DNA of 55,896 nucleotides from a virus (Duplodnaviria; Caudoviricetes): IMG/VR virus record IMGVR_UViG_3300021364_000026, positions 1 to 55,896 of that record; one strand, 5' to 3'. Shown piece by piece: positions 19,428 to 28,806 of this stretch (position 1 is its first letter; each line of letters starts with the position of its first letter). The notes under the pieces were generated by a model. It saw only the letters and a program-made list of their open reading frames with translations, ran no database searches and was not told where the DNA came from. The position numbers and the translations under genes were made by a program.

Positions 19428-19963
19428 ATAGAAAAGAAACAAAAATACTTGTAGAAGATTGGCGAAGGTTAATTGCAAAAAAAGAAATTTCTTTTAAAAA
19501 ACAAAAACCTAGTTTAAACGAATATAAAACCTGGAACCAAACTATAATTGCAATATTCGACGTATTGGGATGGGTACCAGTATTAGGATCAGTGACTAGT
19601 GGTATTAACGCTATTATATGTCTTAAACAAGAAAAATATTTTCATTCAATCTGTTATTTAATATCGATGATACCTGTTAAAGGAAAGATAGTAGGAAAAA
19701 CTGCAAAGACAATCTTTAAGATTATTTCTCCTTATTATAAAAAATATAAGTCTGGAGAGCTAGATTTACAAGAAATACTAGATGATCCTAGTGATGATAT
19801 TGTAAATTTTGCATTAGCAATATTAGAACATAAAACAAAAATTTTAAAAATATTATATTTTATAATAGACAAAGAAGATATTTCAGATAGATCTGAAGTT
19901 GAATTTGATAAATTCTTTGAGTTTTTGTCTGATATTAAGCGTGCAAAAGAAGCACAAGTATAA
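19424..19963 (+). CDS. protein with a pre-toxin-TG-like hydrophobic hairpin
   Basis: FDVLGWVPVLG...GINAI...Y...LISMIPVKG. Confidence 0.65.
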   Translation: MNRKETKILVEDWRRLIAKKEISFKKQKPSLNEYKTWNQTIIAIFDVLGWVPVLGSVTSGINAIICLKQEKYFHSICYLISMIPVKGKIVGKTAKTIFKIISPYYKKYKSGELDLQEILDDPSDDIVNFALAILEHKTKILKILYFIIDKEDISDRSEVEFDKFFEFLSDIKRAKEAQV

Positions 19964-19982
19964 CTGTGAAAGAGATATTTAA

Positions 19983-20348
19983 ATGAAACCATATTACTAT
20001 ATTGCTGAAGTTGTGAGTGTTTACGACGGCGACACATGTACATGCATTGTTGATTTAGGGTTTAAAACTTTTAAAAAGGTCAAAGTCAGACTAATAGGTA
20101 TTGATACTCCTGAAGTACGAACAAAAGATTTAGAAGAAAAGGCTCGAGGTCTTGCTACGCGTGATTGGTTAAGAGAAAAAATTCTTAACAAGAAAATTAT
20201 TCTACACACATCAAAAAAAGGGAAATTTGGTAGATGGTTAGGCACAATATGGTCGTTAGAAGAAGATAAACCTTCTTTTGAAAATAGTTATAATAAGCAA
20301 CTAATCAATGAAAATCTCGCCAAAGAATATTGGGGTGGAAAAAGATAA
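19983..20348 (+). CDS. thermonuclease (SNase family)
   Basis: VYDGDT, VRLIGIDTPE, GKFGRWLG. Confidence 0.92.
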   Translation: MKPYYYIAEVVSVYDGDTCTCIVDLGFKTFKKVKVRLIGIDTPEVRTKDLEEKARGLATRDWLREKILNKKIILHTSKKGKFGRWLGTIWSLEEDKPSFENSYNKQLINENLAKEYWGGKR

Positions 20349-23300
20349 TGTCAAAATATAGTTTAAAAAAAATATTTAATAATCTAATAAGAATAAATGA
20401 AACTTCGAACATATATCAAAGCAAGCTTCAGCCACAAAGAAGAAGTCTAAAAACAGTAAAGACGCGAACGTCTGAAGCTTTAGACTATTTACAAAAAACA
20501 GAAGAACCTTATGTATTTGTGAAGAATGAAAAAATAAAGCTACCTATTGATATTACAAACAATTTAATTAACGCATTTTCTAGTTTATTAAAAGTGTATA
20601 ACGAAATTAGTGATACTGATAGCTTTGATTACAAAAAAGAAAAATTTGAGGCATGGAAAAAGAATAGTGATTATTCTGGTATTTGTCGTCAAATAAGAAA
20701 CATGTGTACAATGCCGACAAATAGCTCAGACAGCATTACATTAGATAATCAAGACGCCACAGTTTTTGACGGTACACAATATGAAGTTGATGTTGTTAAT
20801 AATATTGTCGACGTTACTAATAATATTCATGAATTCAAAACAAGAGTAGTAGAAAGCTTTAGACACTTTTTGAGAAAAGATGAAAATGAATGGTTAAACA
20901 TTGAAAAAAATAGTCTTGAAGATGCAATAACACACTATCAAAATGATTATCTAAATGATATTAATAAAGTTCAAGAATTTTACATTTATTTTATAAGCGA
21001 AAATAAAGATATATTTCAAGACATAAAACTAGACGTTAATCTAGACTTGAATCTTGCGAATAGTGACTTAACTATTTACAAAGAAAAATTAATTAAATTT
21101 TTTGAATTGGCAACTAGATTATATTGCTACGACATTTTTTATTCTTCTTATGACTTTGAAAAGCAAAGTTATATTACTAGAAAAGATGTAAAAGATGTTT
21201 CTTCTAATAGATCAGATATAGAAATAAGTTATAAGCCTGAAATTGTTGATGCTGAAACTGGTGATGTTAGCGGGTCAGTTTCAATTAACAATAAAGTAAA
21301 AATCGAAGTAAAGTCATCAGAATTTGGAGGATTTCGAGGAGGCAGTGGAACTTTTTACGTAGTTTTTCCAAAAAAAGAACACGATACATTTATTAAAGAA
21401 CAATTTGATAAAGAAACTTCTAGCGAAGGTCCTGATTGTTTATTTGAAATTAGATCAATTGCAGGAGTTAAAAACATTAATACTGGAGTTGAATCTGGTA
21501 ATATATTAGTCTTAAACAAGATTTTAAATTCATCAAGTGTAAAGATATCATTAAAAGAAGTATTAGCTCATCCTCAAAACTTTGTGCTAGATGAAGAAAA
21601 AAATGCAAGTAACAACAGTTTTGTTTATTACTACTCTGGTCCAAAGTATAGTGGTGGACCTTCAGAATTAAACTTTGATATTAGCGGTTCAGAAGTTAGC
21701 AGCGTATTAAATAAAACGTGGTTAGAGTTTTATTATGGTGACATAAAAAAAGACCATATGATTTCTATACAAGACAAAGGATTGTATTTATTAAAAGAAA
21801 ATTTTAATATAGACAATAATTTTAATAATTTAATTAGTTATTTAAAAGATAGAAAAGGTCTTAAAACACTTTCAGAGTATACAAAAAATGTCAGATCTGG
21901 ACTAGTAAAAATAAGAATGCAAGTATATGCTAAGTCTAGAACAGGATTTAAATTTGAAGCTGAAGTTGACTTGAATGCTATTAGACCGTGTGAAATTCAT
22001 ATTGATAAAGAAAACAGTTATAAAGATTTATATGAAATATTTACAGCATCACAATACTTTTTAGAAAAAGAGCTCGAAATTCAAGAAGTAGAAACAGTTT
22101 CAAATATTATAGATATGACATATGAATCATTAAAAACAAATGCAGTACTATCGAAAATTATAAAAAAAATAGAGCAAGAAGACGTATATGAATCAATTAA
22201 TTTTGACAAAAGAAAAATCATTAAAAATCATTATAAAAAAACATTTTTAAATAGTTTTAGCTACTTATACAATAATAAAAAAATAAATGAAGGTATATTT
22301 CATATGATGCATCCATATGAATATCATTCTTCAAATGAATTTAAACTAGGCGGCCTTTTAGAAATTATAAATGAAATAGAAAATAGCACACTTAAAGCTA
22401 GTGAAAAACTTGACGGACAAAACTTATGGTTTAGCTTTAGAGACGGAAATCCTGTTTTTGCATACAATATGAAAGAGCTGCAAGCAGGTGGTGTTTCTTG
22501 GAATAGATTAAGTGAGCCATACGAAATAAAAGACAAAAAAGATATACCTAAAGACTTTTCTAGTTTAGAGAAAATTATAAGACCACATGTAAGTAAAGAA
22601 GGTAAATTAACTCCGTCGCATGGTGGTCATGCTTCTTTTAAAGACGGAGTTGAAGTACTTCATCATTGTTTAGTCGATGCATATTCTAGAAATTCAGATC
22701 TTATAAATTTTATATTTGAAAACGGGGAAAACTTTAGTAGTTCAGAAGTTATTCATGCTGAGGGTCCTAATCAAATCTTGTATGGAGAAAACTTTATTGC
22801 TCCTCACTTTGTGATGGATAAAAGCGGAAATCAATTTCCAGACAAGTATACAGAATTATTTTCACTACTTAAATTTGAGCAGAACAAAGTTAAAAATCCA
22901 AAAGGATTTAAACTATTGACAAGAGCACAAAGAGACACAGTTGCTTTGCAAATAATGGAATTTGAAGATGAAAAAGAAAAATTACTATTTGTTAATGACT
23001 TAAGAGATGAATATCAGAAAAGAATACAAAGCTTAATTAATAATACTAGCTTAACTTTAGAAAGCACAGTAAAAGACTTTCACAGATACCACTTAGTAGA
23101 TTATATAAATTCTAAAGGAGAGCAAGACTTAGCTTTAAATGAATCGTTTGTTGATTCTTTATTGCTATTTATTCACGGTTCAACTCTTAAAGCTTCTGGT
23201 TTAAGCAATACACCTGATTATAAAAATATTCTTAAAAGATTAAATCTTGGAAATGCAAAAGAAAGAGGAGCTTTTAAGTCGAGCTATATAGGTGATATTG

Positions 23301-24802
23301 TAGAAATATTCTTTGACTTTGGTATTGATATTAACAGAGGAATTAAGACAACAGCCACTTCGAACGAGTCTCAAGATATCAATCATGAAAGAATTGTTTC
23401 AACAAATTTAAGTAATATTAAAAAAGCTTTTGCAATTGCAAAGGAAATAGAGCTAGAAGCTGATAGATTGACACAATTAGACGAAGAAGAAAATCCAGAA
23501 CATAAAAAATTGTTTTCTCTTGCAAGAAAGCTTAAATTTCAAATCAGTAAAATTAAAAGTGTCATTAAAAGAGTAAAGCAAAGAAAAGGTTTTGCTTCTA
23601 ATAAAGATGCACTAACATTCATTATTAGTTCTTCTATAGAAGGTTTAGTGCTAAACAGAAAAATTCCAGATTCAGATAGTGTTATGGAACTTAAGCTTAC
23701 AGGTTTTTTTGCACCTTTAAATCAAGTTTTAAATGCTATAAGATTTGAAGTTGGTCATATAGACTTGCTAGACCAGTTCCTAGAGTCTGACGGTCAAATA
23801 TTTAGTTTAAATAACCAAAATATACCTACAACATATGACATTGAATCTTTACTAGAAAGAAAGATTTCAAACAAGAAAATTCTAAATAAAGCAAACTTTA
23901 GCTTGCGTGAGATGTATAATCTTAAAACATATTCAGAGACTGGATCAGATGAGTTTGACATTGGTGTTGTTCCAATGTCAGCAAAGCCTTTTACTATTGG
24001 TCATGAAGATTTAGTTAAAACAGCATGTCAAAGATCTAAAGAAGTTTATGTTGTTATATCAACTACGTCTAGAATGAGAAGCTACGAAAACCCAATTACT
24101 GGTGACTCAATGGAAAGACTTTACTTTGAAGACAATCCATCAGGATTTGTACCTGACTTGGAGAGTTTATTAAATAGAAATGTTCCAGAGTGTCAAGGAA
24201 AAGTTAAAGTTGTTTATTCAAAAAATCCAGTTACTGATGTTACAACTATTTTCGAAGAAGACTTTGCTTATGAGAACTTAGAAAAAGACAAAAAGTATTG
24301 TATATTTGTAGGTGACATAGAAGATGCTGAAGTTTATTCTCCAGACATGCTTAGTCATATGGAAGATAGTTTAAATGTTGTTTATCGAGACTCAAATGAA
24401 GAAAGACTCTCTAGCGGTACAAGAACTCGTGCATCTTTAAATACAGGTAGGTCTACTGTTGAAAGGGAAATTCCTATAAAGTCAAAGCCTGGGCAGACAA
24501 AAATAGATAAAGTTGTAATGCTTTCTGATCCTTATCAAGAAGGATCAGAAATGTATACACATAGCTTTAAAGAGTTTTCTAGAAATCTATCAAACATATA
24601 CAGCATGACCCAAAAAAAGAGAATATATGATTATATCTCTGGAGAAAGTAGAAATATAATAGACGATGTATTGACAAAACTAAGAGACGTCTCTAGCAAC
24701 AAAGAAGCAAAAGACGTCTTATCTAAAGAAGAAATCAAAGCAATGACTTCTCTAGGTGGATTTAGAAAAGCTAAACAAATGAGTTTAGATATGTTTAACT
24801 AA
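20348..24802 (+). CDS. multidomain protein: putative PD-(D/E)xK domain, ligase-like nucleotidyltransferase, cytidylyltransferase-like domain
   Basis: SDIEI...IEVKS; HMMHPYE...EKLDGQN...EGLVL...LKLTG; KPFTIGH and SSGTRTR; TAATG coupling to the nuclease gene. Confidence 0.75.
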   Translation: MSKYSLKKIFNNLIRINETSNIYQSKLQPQRRSLKTVKTRTSEALDYLQKTEEPYVFVKNEKIKLPIDITNNLINAFSSLLKVYNEISDTDSFDYKKEKFEAWKKNSDYSGICRQIRNMCTMPTNSSDSITLDNQDATVFDGTQYEVDVVNNIVDVTNNIHEFKTRVVESFRHFLRKDENEWLNIEKNSLEDAITHYQNDYLNDINKVQEFYIYFISENKDIFQDIKLDVNLDLNLANSDLTIYKEKLIKFFELATRLYCYDIFYSSYDFEKQSYITRKDVKDVSSNRSDIEISYKPEIVDAETGDVSGSVSINNKVKIEVKSSEFGGFRGGSGTFYVVFPKKEHDTFIKEQFDKETSSEGPDCLFEIRSIAGVKNINTGVESGNILVLNKILNSSSVKISLKEVLAHPQNFVLDEEKNASNNSFVYYYSGPKYSGGPSELNFDISGSEVSSVLNKTWLEFYYGDIKKDHMISIQDKGLYLLKENFNIDNNFNNLISYLKDRKGLKTLSEYTKNVRSGLVKIRMQVYAKSRTGFKFEAEVDLNAIRPCEIHIDKENSYKDLYEIFTASQYFLEKELEIQEVETVSNIIDMTYESLKTNAVLSKIIKKIEQEDVYESINFDKRKIIKNHYKKTFLNSFSYLYNNKKINEGIFHMMHPYEYHSSNEFKLGGLLEIINEIENSTLKASEKLDGQNLWFSFRDGNPVFAYNMKELQAGGVSWNRLSEPYEIKDKKDIPKDFSSLEKIIRPHVSKEGKLTPSHGGHASFKDGVEVLHHCLVDAYSRNSDLINFIFENGENFSSSEVIHAEGPNQILYGENFIAPHFVMDKSGNQFPDKYTELFSLLKFEQNKVKNPKGFKLLTRAQRDTVALQIMEFEDEKEKLLFVNDLRDEYQKRIQSLINNTSLTLESTVKDFHRYHLVDYINSKGEQDLALNESFVDSLLLFIHGSTLKASGLSNTPDYKNILKRLNLGNAKERGAFKSSYIGDIVEIFFDFGIDINRGIKTTATSNESQDINHERIVSTNLSNIKKAFAIAKEIELEADRLTQLDEEENPEHKKLFSLARKLKFQISKIKSVIKRVKQRKGFASNKDALTFIISSSIEGLVLNRKIPDSDSVMELKLTGFFAPLNQVLNAIRFEVGHIDLLDQFLESDGQIFSLNNQNIPTTYDIESLLERKISNKKILNKANFSLREMYNLKTYSETGSDEFDIGVVPMSAKPFTIGHEDLVKTACQRSKEVYVVISTTSRMRSYENPITGDSMERLYFEDNPSGFVPDLESLLNRNVPECQGKVKVVYSKNPVTDVTTIFEEDFAYENLEKDKKYCIFVGDIEDAEVYSPDMLSHMEDSLNVVYRDSNEERLSSGTRTRASLNTGRSTVEREIPIKSKPGQTKIDKVVMLSDPYQEGSEMYTHSFKEFSRNLSNIYSMTQKKRIYDYISGESRNIIDDVLTKLRDVSSNKEAKDVLSKEEIKAMTSLGGFRKAKQMSLDMFN

Positions 24803-24806
24803 TATA

Positions 24807-26561
24807 TTATTCACCGCAAGGTGCTATAAAACATGTAGCTTGAGGCAGATTAGGCTCAGGCATATTTAAACAATCTTCTCCAATAGATAATTCAGGTGCC
24901 CACGCCCAAGAATTCATTTGAATAAAACCAGCATGAGAAGGAAATCCATCCAGATCATATGTTATAATTTCGCTTAATTTAACGTATCTGCTTGTTTGTC
25001 TGTAAAACACTCCGTACCTACCCCTAGGTATATAAGCACTATAGCTAAAAGTTGTGCTGCTGCTATTCGATGTAACAATCGTCTCAGATATGTTTTCGCT
25101 ATTTCCTTCAGTCACAATTCTTCCACTACCAATACTTTCAGACATGTTCCAGACACGCCCAGAAGATTTACCGTTTGCTTCTGTTATTGTATTTGACGTC
25201 GAACTTGATAAAACATATGAACCGCTCAAAGAATGACTTCTGACGTCATTTGAGATACTACCATATGATGTACTATTTTGTGCTGATCCGCCAGTAGTAT
25301 ATCCTCTGCTCGTTGTATCAGAAGATGAACTGCCATTTGTATCAGAAGATCCCCACCCTTGTGATACACCTGCAGAGACTTCTACTTTTCCGCTAGCTTT
25401 TGCCAAGAAAGGTAGCGAGCCTTCTCCACTAAATCCTGTTGTCACAGATCCGTTAACCCCAGTATTAGATGAGTTAGTGCTTGAATTTGATGTACCTTGT
25501 GTTTCTGCTTCACCTAAAGACCATGACCAGTTTTCTCCATCAGAGCTACTAAAAGAAATGTTTGCTGATTCTGAATTACTAAAGCTATTTGATTCTGATT
25601 CGCTTATTGTTTCTGATTCTGATAATGATGATGAAACTACAGTATCTTCTGTTTCGCCTATAGAAATACCTTCCATCTGAGTTGAATTGACACTAGTTGA
25701 GTCGCTATTAGACCAGTTTCTGCTTAACGTTATACCTACACTATTTTGTCTGATCTCAGACTCTGACTCTGAGTACTGAACATTGTTTCCAATTGTTCCA
25801 GGAATACAACCTGTTACGGGAACTGGCTCATAAGTTTCAGCTAACTCATACTTACCAAAATGCTTGACTTCTATAGGTCTTACAACTCTAAAAGGCAAAT
25901 AAGTTTCAGCATAGTTATTGTCTATATCATAGACTTTAACGTGAAGCGTCGCAACATAAGAAGAATATTCTTCAGGTACTTTTTTTAGTACAACATTATC
26001 TAACCAGTCCAAGTCAGTAGGAGAACTAAAATTGTGTGTATAAGAAAAAGATTCATAAGGCGTAACAATCGTGTAGTTTATTTTTACTGCTGCTATTTTA
26101 AATAGCGAGATATTGATCCTATTATATACTTCTTGTACAACATTACCTGAATTACTATCACAGTCTAATGAAACACAAAAACTATTGATTATTACAGACG
26201 GCCCAATTTGAATGGGTAACATTACTTGAGTTAAATTGTTTTCATTTTTAAAGTCTAATGCAATAAAATAGTTTTTTTGAAAGTCAATATTTTTATTTAA
26301 AAATCTATTGATAATAAAAGAATCTTTATATTTTTGTATACCATAACTTTCAATAATTTCTTCTTTATTTGAAATTAAAAATGCATTTACTGTTTTGTAA
26401 TCTAAGTTTTTTGTGTAACTTAATTTAAAAGATTTACCTGATGTTATTTGATTTTTTTCGACTTCTAAATCTATTTTTTCTTTTAAGTCTGCGTTAGAGC
26501 AGCTGATCAAAAGAAAAATAATAAAAAAACAAAAAATTTTATCTAATTTTATTTCTTTCAT
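24807..26561 (-). CDS. lipoprotein with a long Ser/Thr-rich hairpin, aerolysin/ETX-MTX2-like
   Basis: MKEIKLDKIFCFFIIFLLISC lipobox; GEGSLPFLAKASGKVEVSAGVSQGWG at the centre of a 254-aa Ser/Thr-rich tract. Confidence 0.7.
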   Translation of the reverse strand: MKEIKLDKIFCFFIIFLLISCSNADLKEKIDLEVEKNQITSGKSFKLSYTKNLDYKTVNAFLISNKEEIIESYGIQKYKDSFIINRFLNKNIDFQKNYFIALDFKNENNLTQVMLPIQIGPSVIINSFCVSLDCDSNSGNVVQEVYNRINISLFKIAAVKINYTIVTPYESFSYTHNFSSPTDLDWLDNVVLKKVPEEYSSYVATLHVKVYDIDNNYAETYLPFRVVRPIEVKHFGKYELAETYEPVPVTGCIPGTIGNNVQYSESESEIRQNSVGITLSRNWSNSDSTSVNSTQMEGISIGETEDTVVSSSLSESETISESESNSFSNSESANISFSSSDGENWSWSLGEAETQGTSNSSTNSSNTGVNGSVTTGFSGEGSLPFLAKASGKVEVSAGVSQGWGSSDTNGSSSSDTTSRGYTTGGSAQNSTSYGSISNDVRSHSLSGSYVLSSSTSNTITEANGKSSGRVWNMSESIGSGRIVTEGNSENISETIVTSNSSSTTFSYSAYIPRGRYGVFYRQTSRYVKLSEIITYDLDGFPSHAGFIQMNSWAWAPELSIGEDCLNMPEPNLPQATCFIAPCGE

Positions 26562-27696
26562 AGTCTTGTACGTTTTGCTTTCTACCTGCAGAAGTTTGAG
26601 GTATATATTTACTAGCAATGTCGGTTTCGAAACGTTTAAGTGGAGATGATAGGAATGGAGTCTCAGAATTTTGTTGACTTTCTAAATCTTTAGCTCTTCT
26701 TGTTTCATATGCAAATTCTAGTGCATATGTTGCTGAAAGGTATTTTGTCTTATAGTGCAACATGTCTTTTAATATATTGTCAATTATTTTTATTATTGAT
26801 TGTCTAACTGCTGATTTTATTTGATTTTTAAATTTTAAAGTTTGTCTTCTTTTGTCTTCGTTTCCCTTGTATCTTCTATCATAATGCAAATCAATATTTC
26901 TACTAAGTCCTTTCTCTGTAGGATTAAATCTACCGATCATGTACACTAAATTATTTATTTCTTTATCAAGATTACCTAATTCTATAAAGTAATCTTCATA
27001 GTTGTCTATCCAATTAAAAAGATCAAGTTTTTTGGATTGACTATTTAATATTCCAATATAATTTGCTGCTATGTCTGGAGAATTACTATAGTTTTCTTTT
27101 AGTCTATTTAAATAGTCTTTCATGCTTTCAAGACATTTGATGTGTAAGTTAATGCATTCATATGCATAACTACTACTAATTTCATTTCCTTTTTTGGTGC
27201 TATAAATATTATTATTTATATAAACATCTGCTGCGTCGTTATATAGAAGTTTATTTATTTGATCTGTTTTATATAAAAATTTAAAAAGGTGGTTATCTTT
27301 ATATTTGTCATAGTTACTTGAATTTAATAATATTTCATTTTGAACAGCATTATGCTCTATGTCACTTTTTCTTTTTTTAAAGAAATCAAAAAAACCTTCA
27401 CTTAAAGTATTGTCAATCATTGACTTTTTAATTTCTAAACGAAGATCTTCTTGAGACATTTCTCTATCTAAGCAATGCTTCATTACTTTAGAAGTCAAAT
27501 AGTCTGTAATATCAGACAAATCTTTTCTACTAGTAGCTAACTTATAATGACACCACTCAGGAAGATCGTCTGTATCCTCTAGCGTCATATAAAGATTGTA
27601 TAGATCTTTTGCCATTGTGAGCAAAGATCTTTTTGCCATCAAACCTTCTTTTGAGTCTGAAGGTTGTGAACCATAGTCAAAATTTCTTATATCCAT
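26539..27696 (-). CDS. hypothetical protein with EGxMAK...LPEW N-terminal helical domain
   Basis: EGLMAKRSL...DDLPEWCHYKL...DYL module familiar from large phages, then LSEGFFDFFK. Confidence 0.75.
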   Translation of the reverse strand: MDIRNFDYGSQPSDSKEGLMAKRSLLTMAKDLYNLYMTLEDTDDLPEWCHYKLATSRKDLSDITDYLTSKVMKHCLDREMSQEDLRLEIKKSMIDNTLSEGFFDFFKKRKSDIEHNAVQNEILLNSSNYDKYKDNHLFKFLYKTDQINKLLYNDAADVYINNNIYSTKKGNEISSSYAYECINLHIKCLESMKDYLNRLKENYSNSPDIAANYIGILNSQSKKLDLFNWIDNYEDYFIELGNLDKEINNLVYMIGRFNPTEKGLSRNIDLHYDRRYKGNEDKRRQTLKFKNQIKSAVRQSIIKIIDNILKDMLHYKTKYLSATYALEFAYETRRAKDLESQQNSETPFLSSPLKRFETDIASKYIPQTSAGRKQNVQDYERNKIR

Positions 27697-27698
27697 GT

Positions 27699-27950
27699 CT
27701 AAGCCCTGTAATAATGCATTTCTGGTTTGTTTGAGTCTTCTCTTTGTGCAGGATCAAAACTAGCTTGAGACTTTTGACATTGAATTTGACACCACTTTAA
27801 TATTTCTCTTGACTGGCTTTCGTTAAAACCATGCTTTGTCATTAGTTCTTGCAAAGACATTGCAGCTAAAAGGTCACATTCTTTCTGGGTAAGTCTAGAT
27901 CTACTAAAACATTTACCAAATGCTAAATATAATTCATCAGCTTTTTTCAT
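27699..27950 (-). CDS. hypothetical protein
   Basis: Start re-set to ATG 27950 behind AGGAGA. Confidence 0.7.
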   Translation of the reverse strand: MKKADELYLAFGKCFSRSRLTQKECDLLAAMSLQELMTKHGFNESQSREILKWCQIQCQKSQASFDPAQREDSNKPEMHYYRA

Positions 27951-28092
27951 TTTCTCTCCTGATTTCGAAAGTATCTTTTTCATTATCTTCATTAAGAGAA
28001 GAACATTTTTTTGTTTTTTCTACTTTTCTTATTCTTTTATATATATGAAGTATTTGATGAATTGGATAAGCACCGTACCATTTAGTTTTCAT
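27937..28092 (-). CDS. small hypothetical protein (51 aa), absent from the ORF track
   Basis: MKTKWYGAYPIHQIL...RRENEKS; overlaps both neighbours and fills the gap. Confidence 0.5.
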   Translation of the reverse strand: MKTKWYGAYPIHQILHIYKRIRKVEKTKKCSSLNEDNEKDTFEIRRENEKS

Positions 28093-28552
28093 TATTTACA
28101 TCTGCAGACTTTCTTCTTCTTTTACGTCTTGTTGCTTTCTTTATTTCCTTTAAGGGCGCAAGGTCAAGTTGTTCTTCAGGTTCATTAGTGATATTTTCAG
28201 GAGGCGTTTCTTCTGCTGTTTGAGTATTAGCTTCATGTTCAGTTTCAACATTTGTTTCTTCAGGCTGTTTCTCTTTTTCGACTTCTTTTTCAAGTTTTTG
28301 GACTACAGGCACAATTACTTCTTCTTTAACAGAATGAGTCTCTATTAGACTAGGTTCTGGAGAAGGAGGAAGTGTTGAATTAAAGTGACTTAGTGCTCGA
28401 TTAAAATAATCTTCATCAGGAGGCAAAACATTTCTACTGTTTAAAAAATTACAAAAAGCCGGGTATGTTTTTTCGCTAGCTGCTTTCAACCAGTTTATAA
28501 CATTAAATCTTTTTCTATTACAAAAGATACTATATTTTAGTTGCTTATTCAT
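28082..28552 (-). CDS. hypothetical protein, acidic linker and basic tail
   Basis: ATGA overlap with the upstream HTH gene; E/P-rich middle, RRKRRRK tail. Confidence 0.75.
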   Translation of the reverse strand: MNKQLKYSIFCNRKRFNVINWLKAASEKTYPAFCNFLNSRNVLPPDEDYFNRALSHFNSTLPPSPEPSLIETHSVKEEVIVPVVQKLEKEVEKEKQPEETNVETEHEANTQTAEETPPENITNEPEEQLDLAPLKEIKKATRRKRRRKSADVNNEN

Positions 28553-28806
28553 TTTAATCCTTTCATTATTTCAATAATCGAATCTTGAAATTCAGCAGAC
28601 TGTGCAATTTTTTTAATTTCTTCGTCAGTATATTTTATATTATAGTCACTAGATATACCTTTGACTACTTTACAAAATCCTCTTGTAATGTAGTTTCTTA
28701 CTGAAGAATGGTTCATTGTATGACCTTCTTTTGTCATAATGTCTGCAATCGTTCTATAATCTAGGCCACCATGGTCATTAGCTGTAACGTATTTTTTGCT
28801 TTTCAT
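28549..28806 (-). CDS. HTH protein resembling sigma region 4.2
   Basis: LDYRTIADIM...NHSSVRNYITRGFCKV; ATGA overlap with the sigma gene. Confidence 0.7.
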   Translation of the reverse strand: MKSKKYVTANDHGGLDYRTIADIMTKEGHTMNHSSVRNYITRGFCKVVKGISSDYNIKYTDEEIKKIAQSAEFQDSIIEIMKGLK

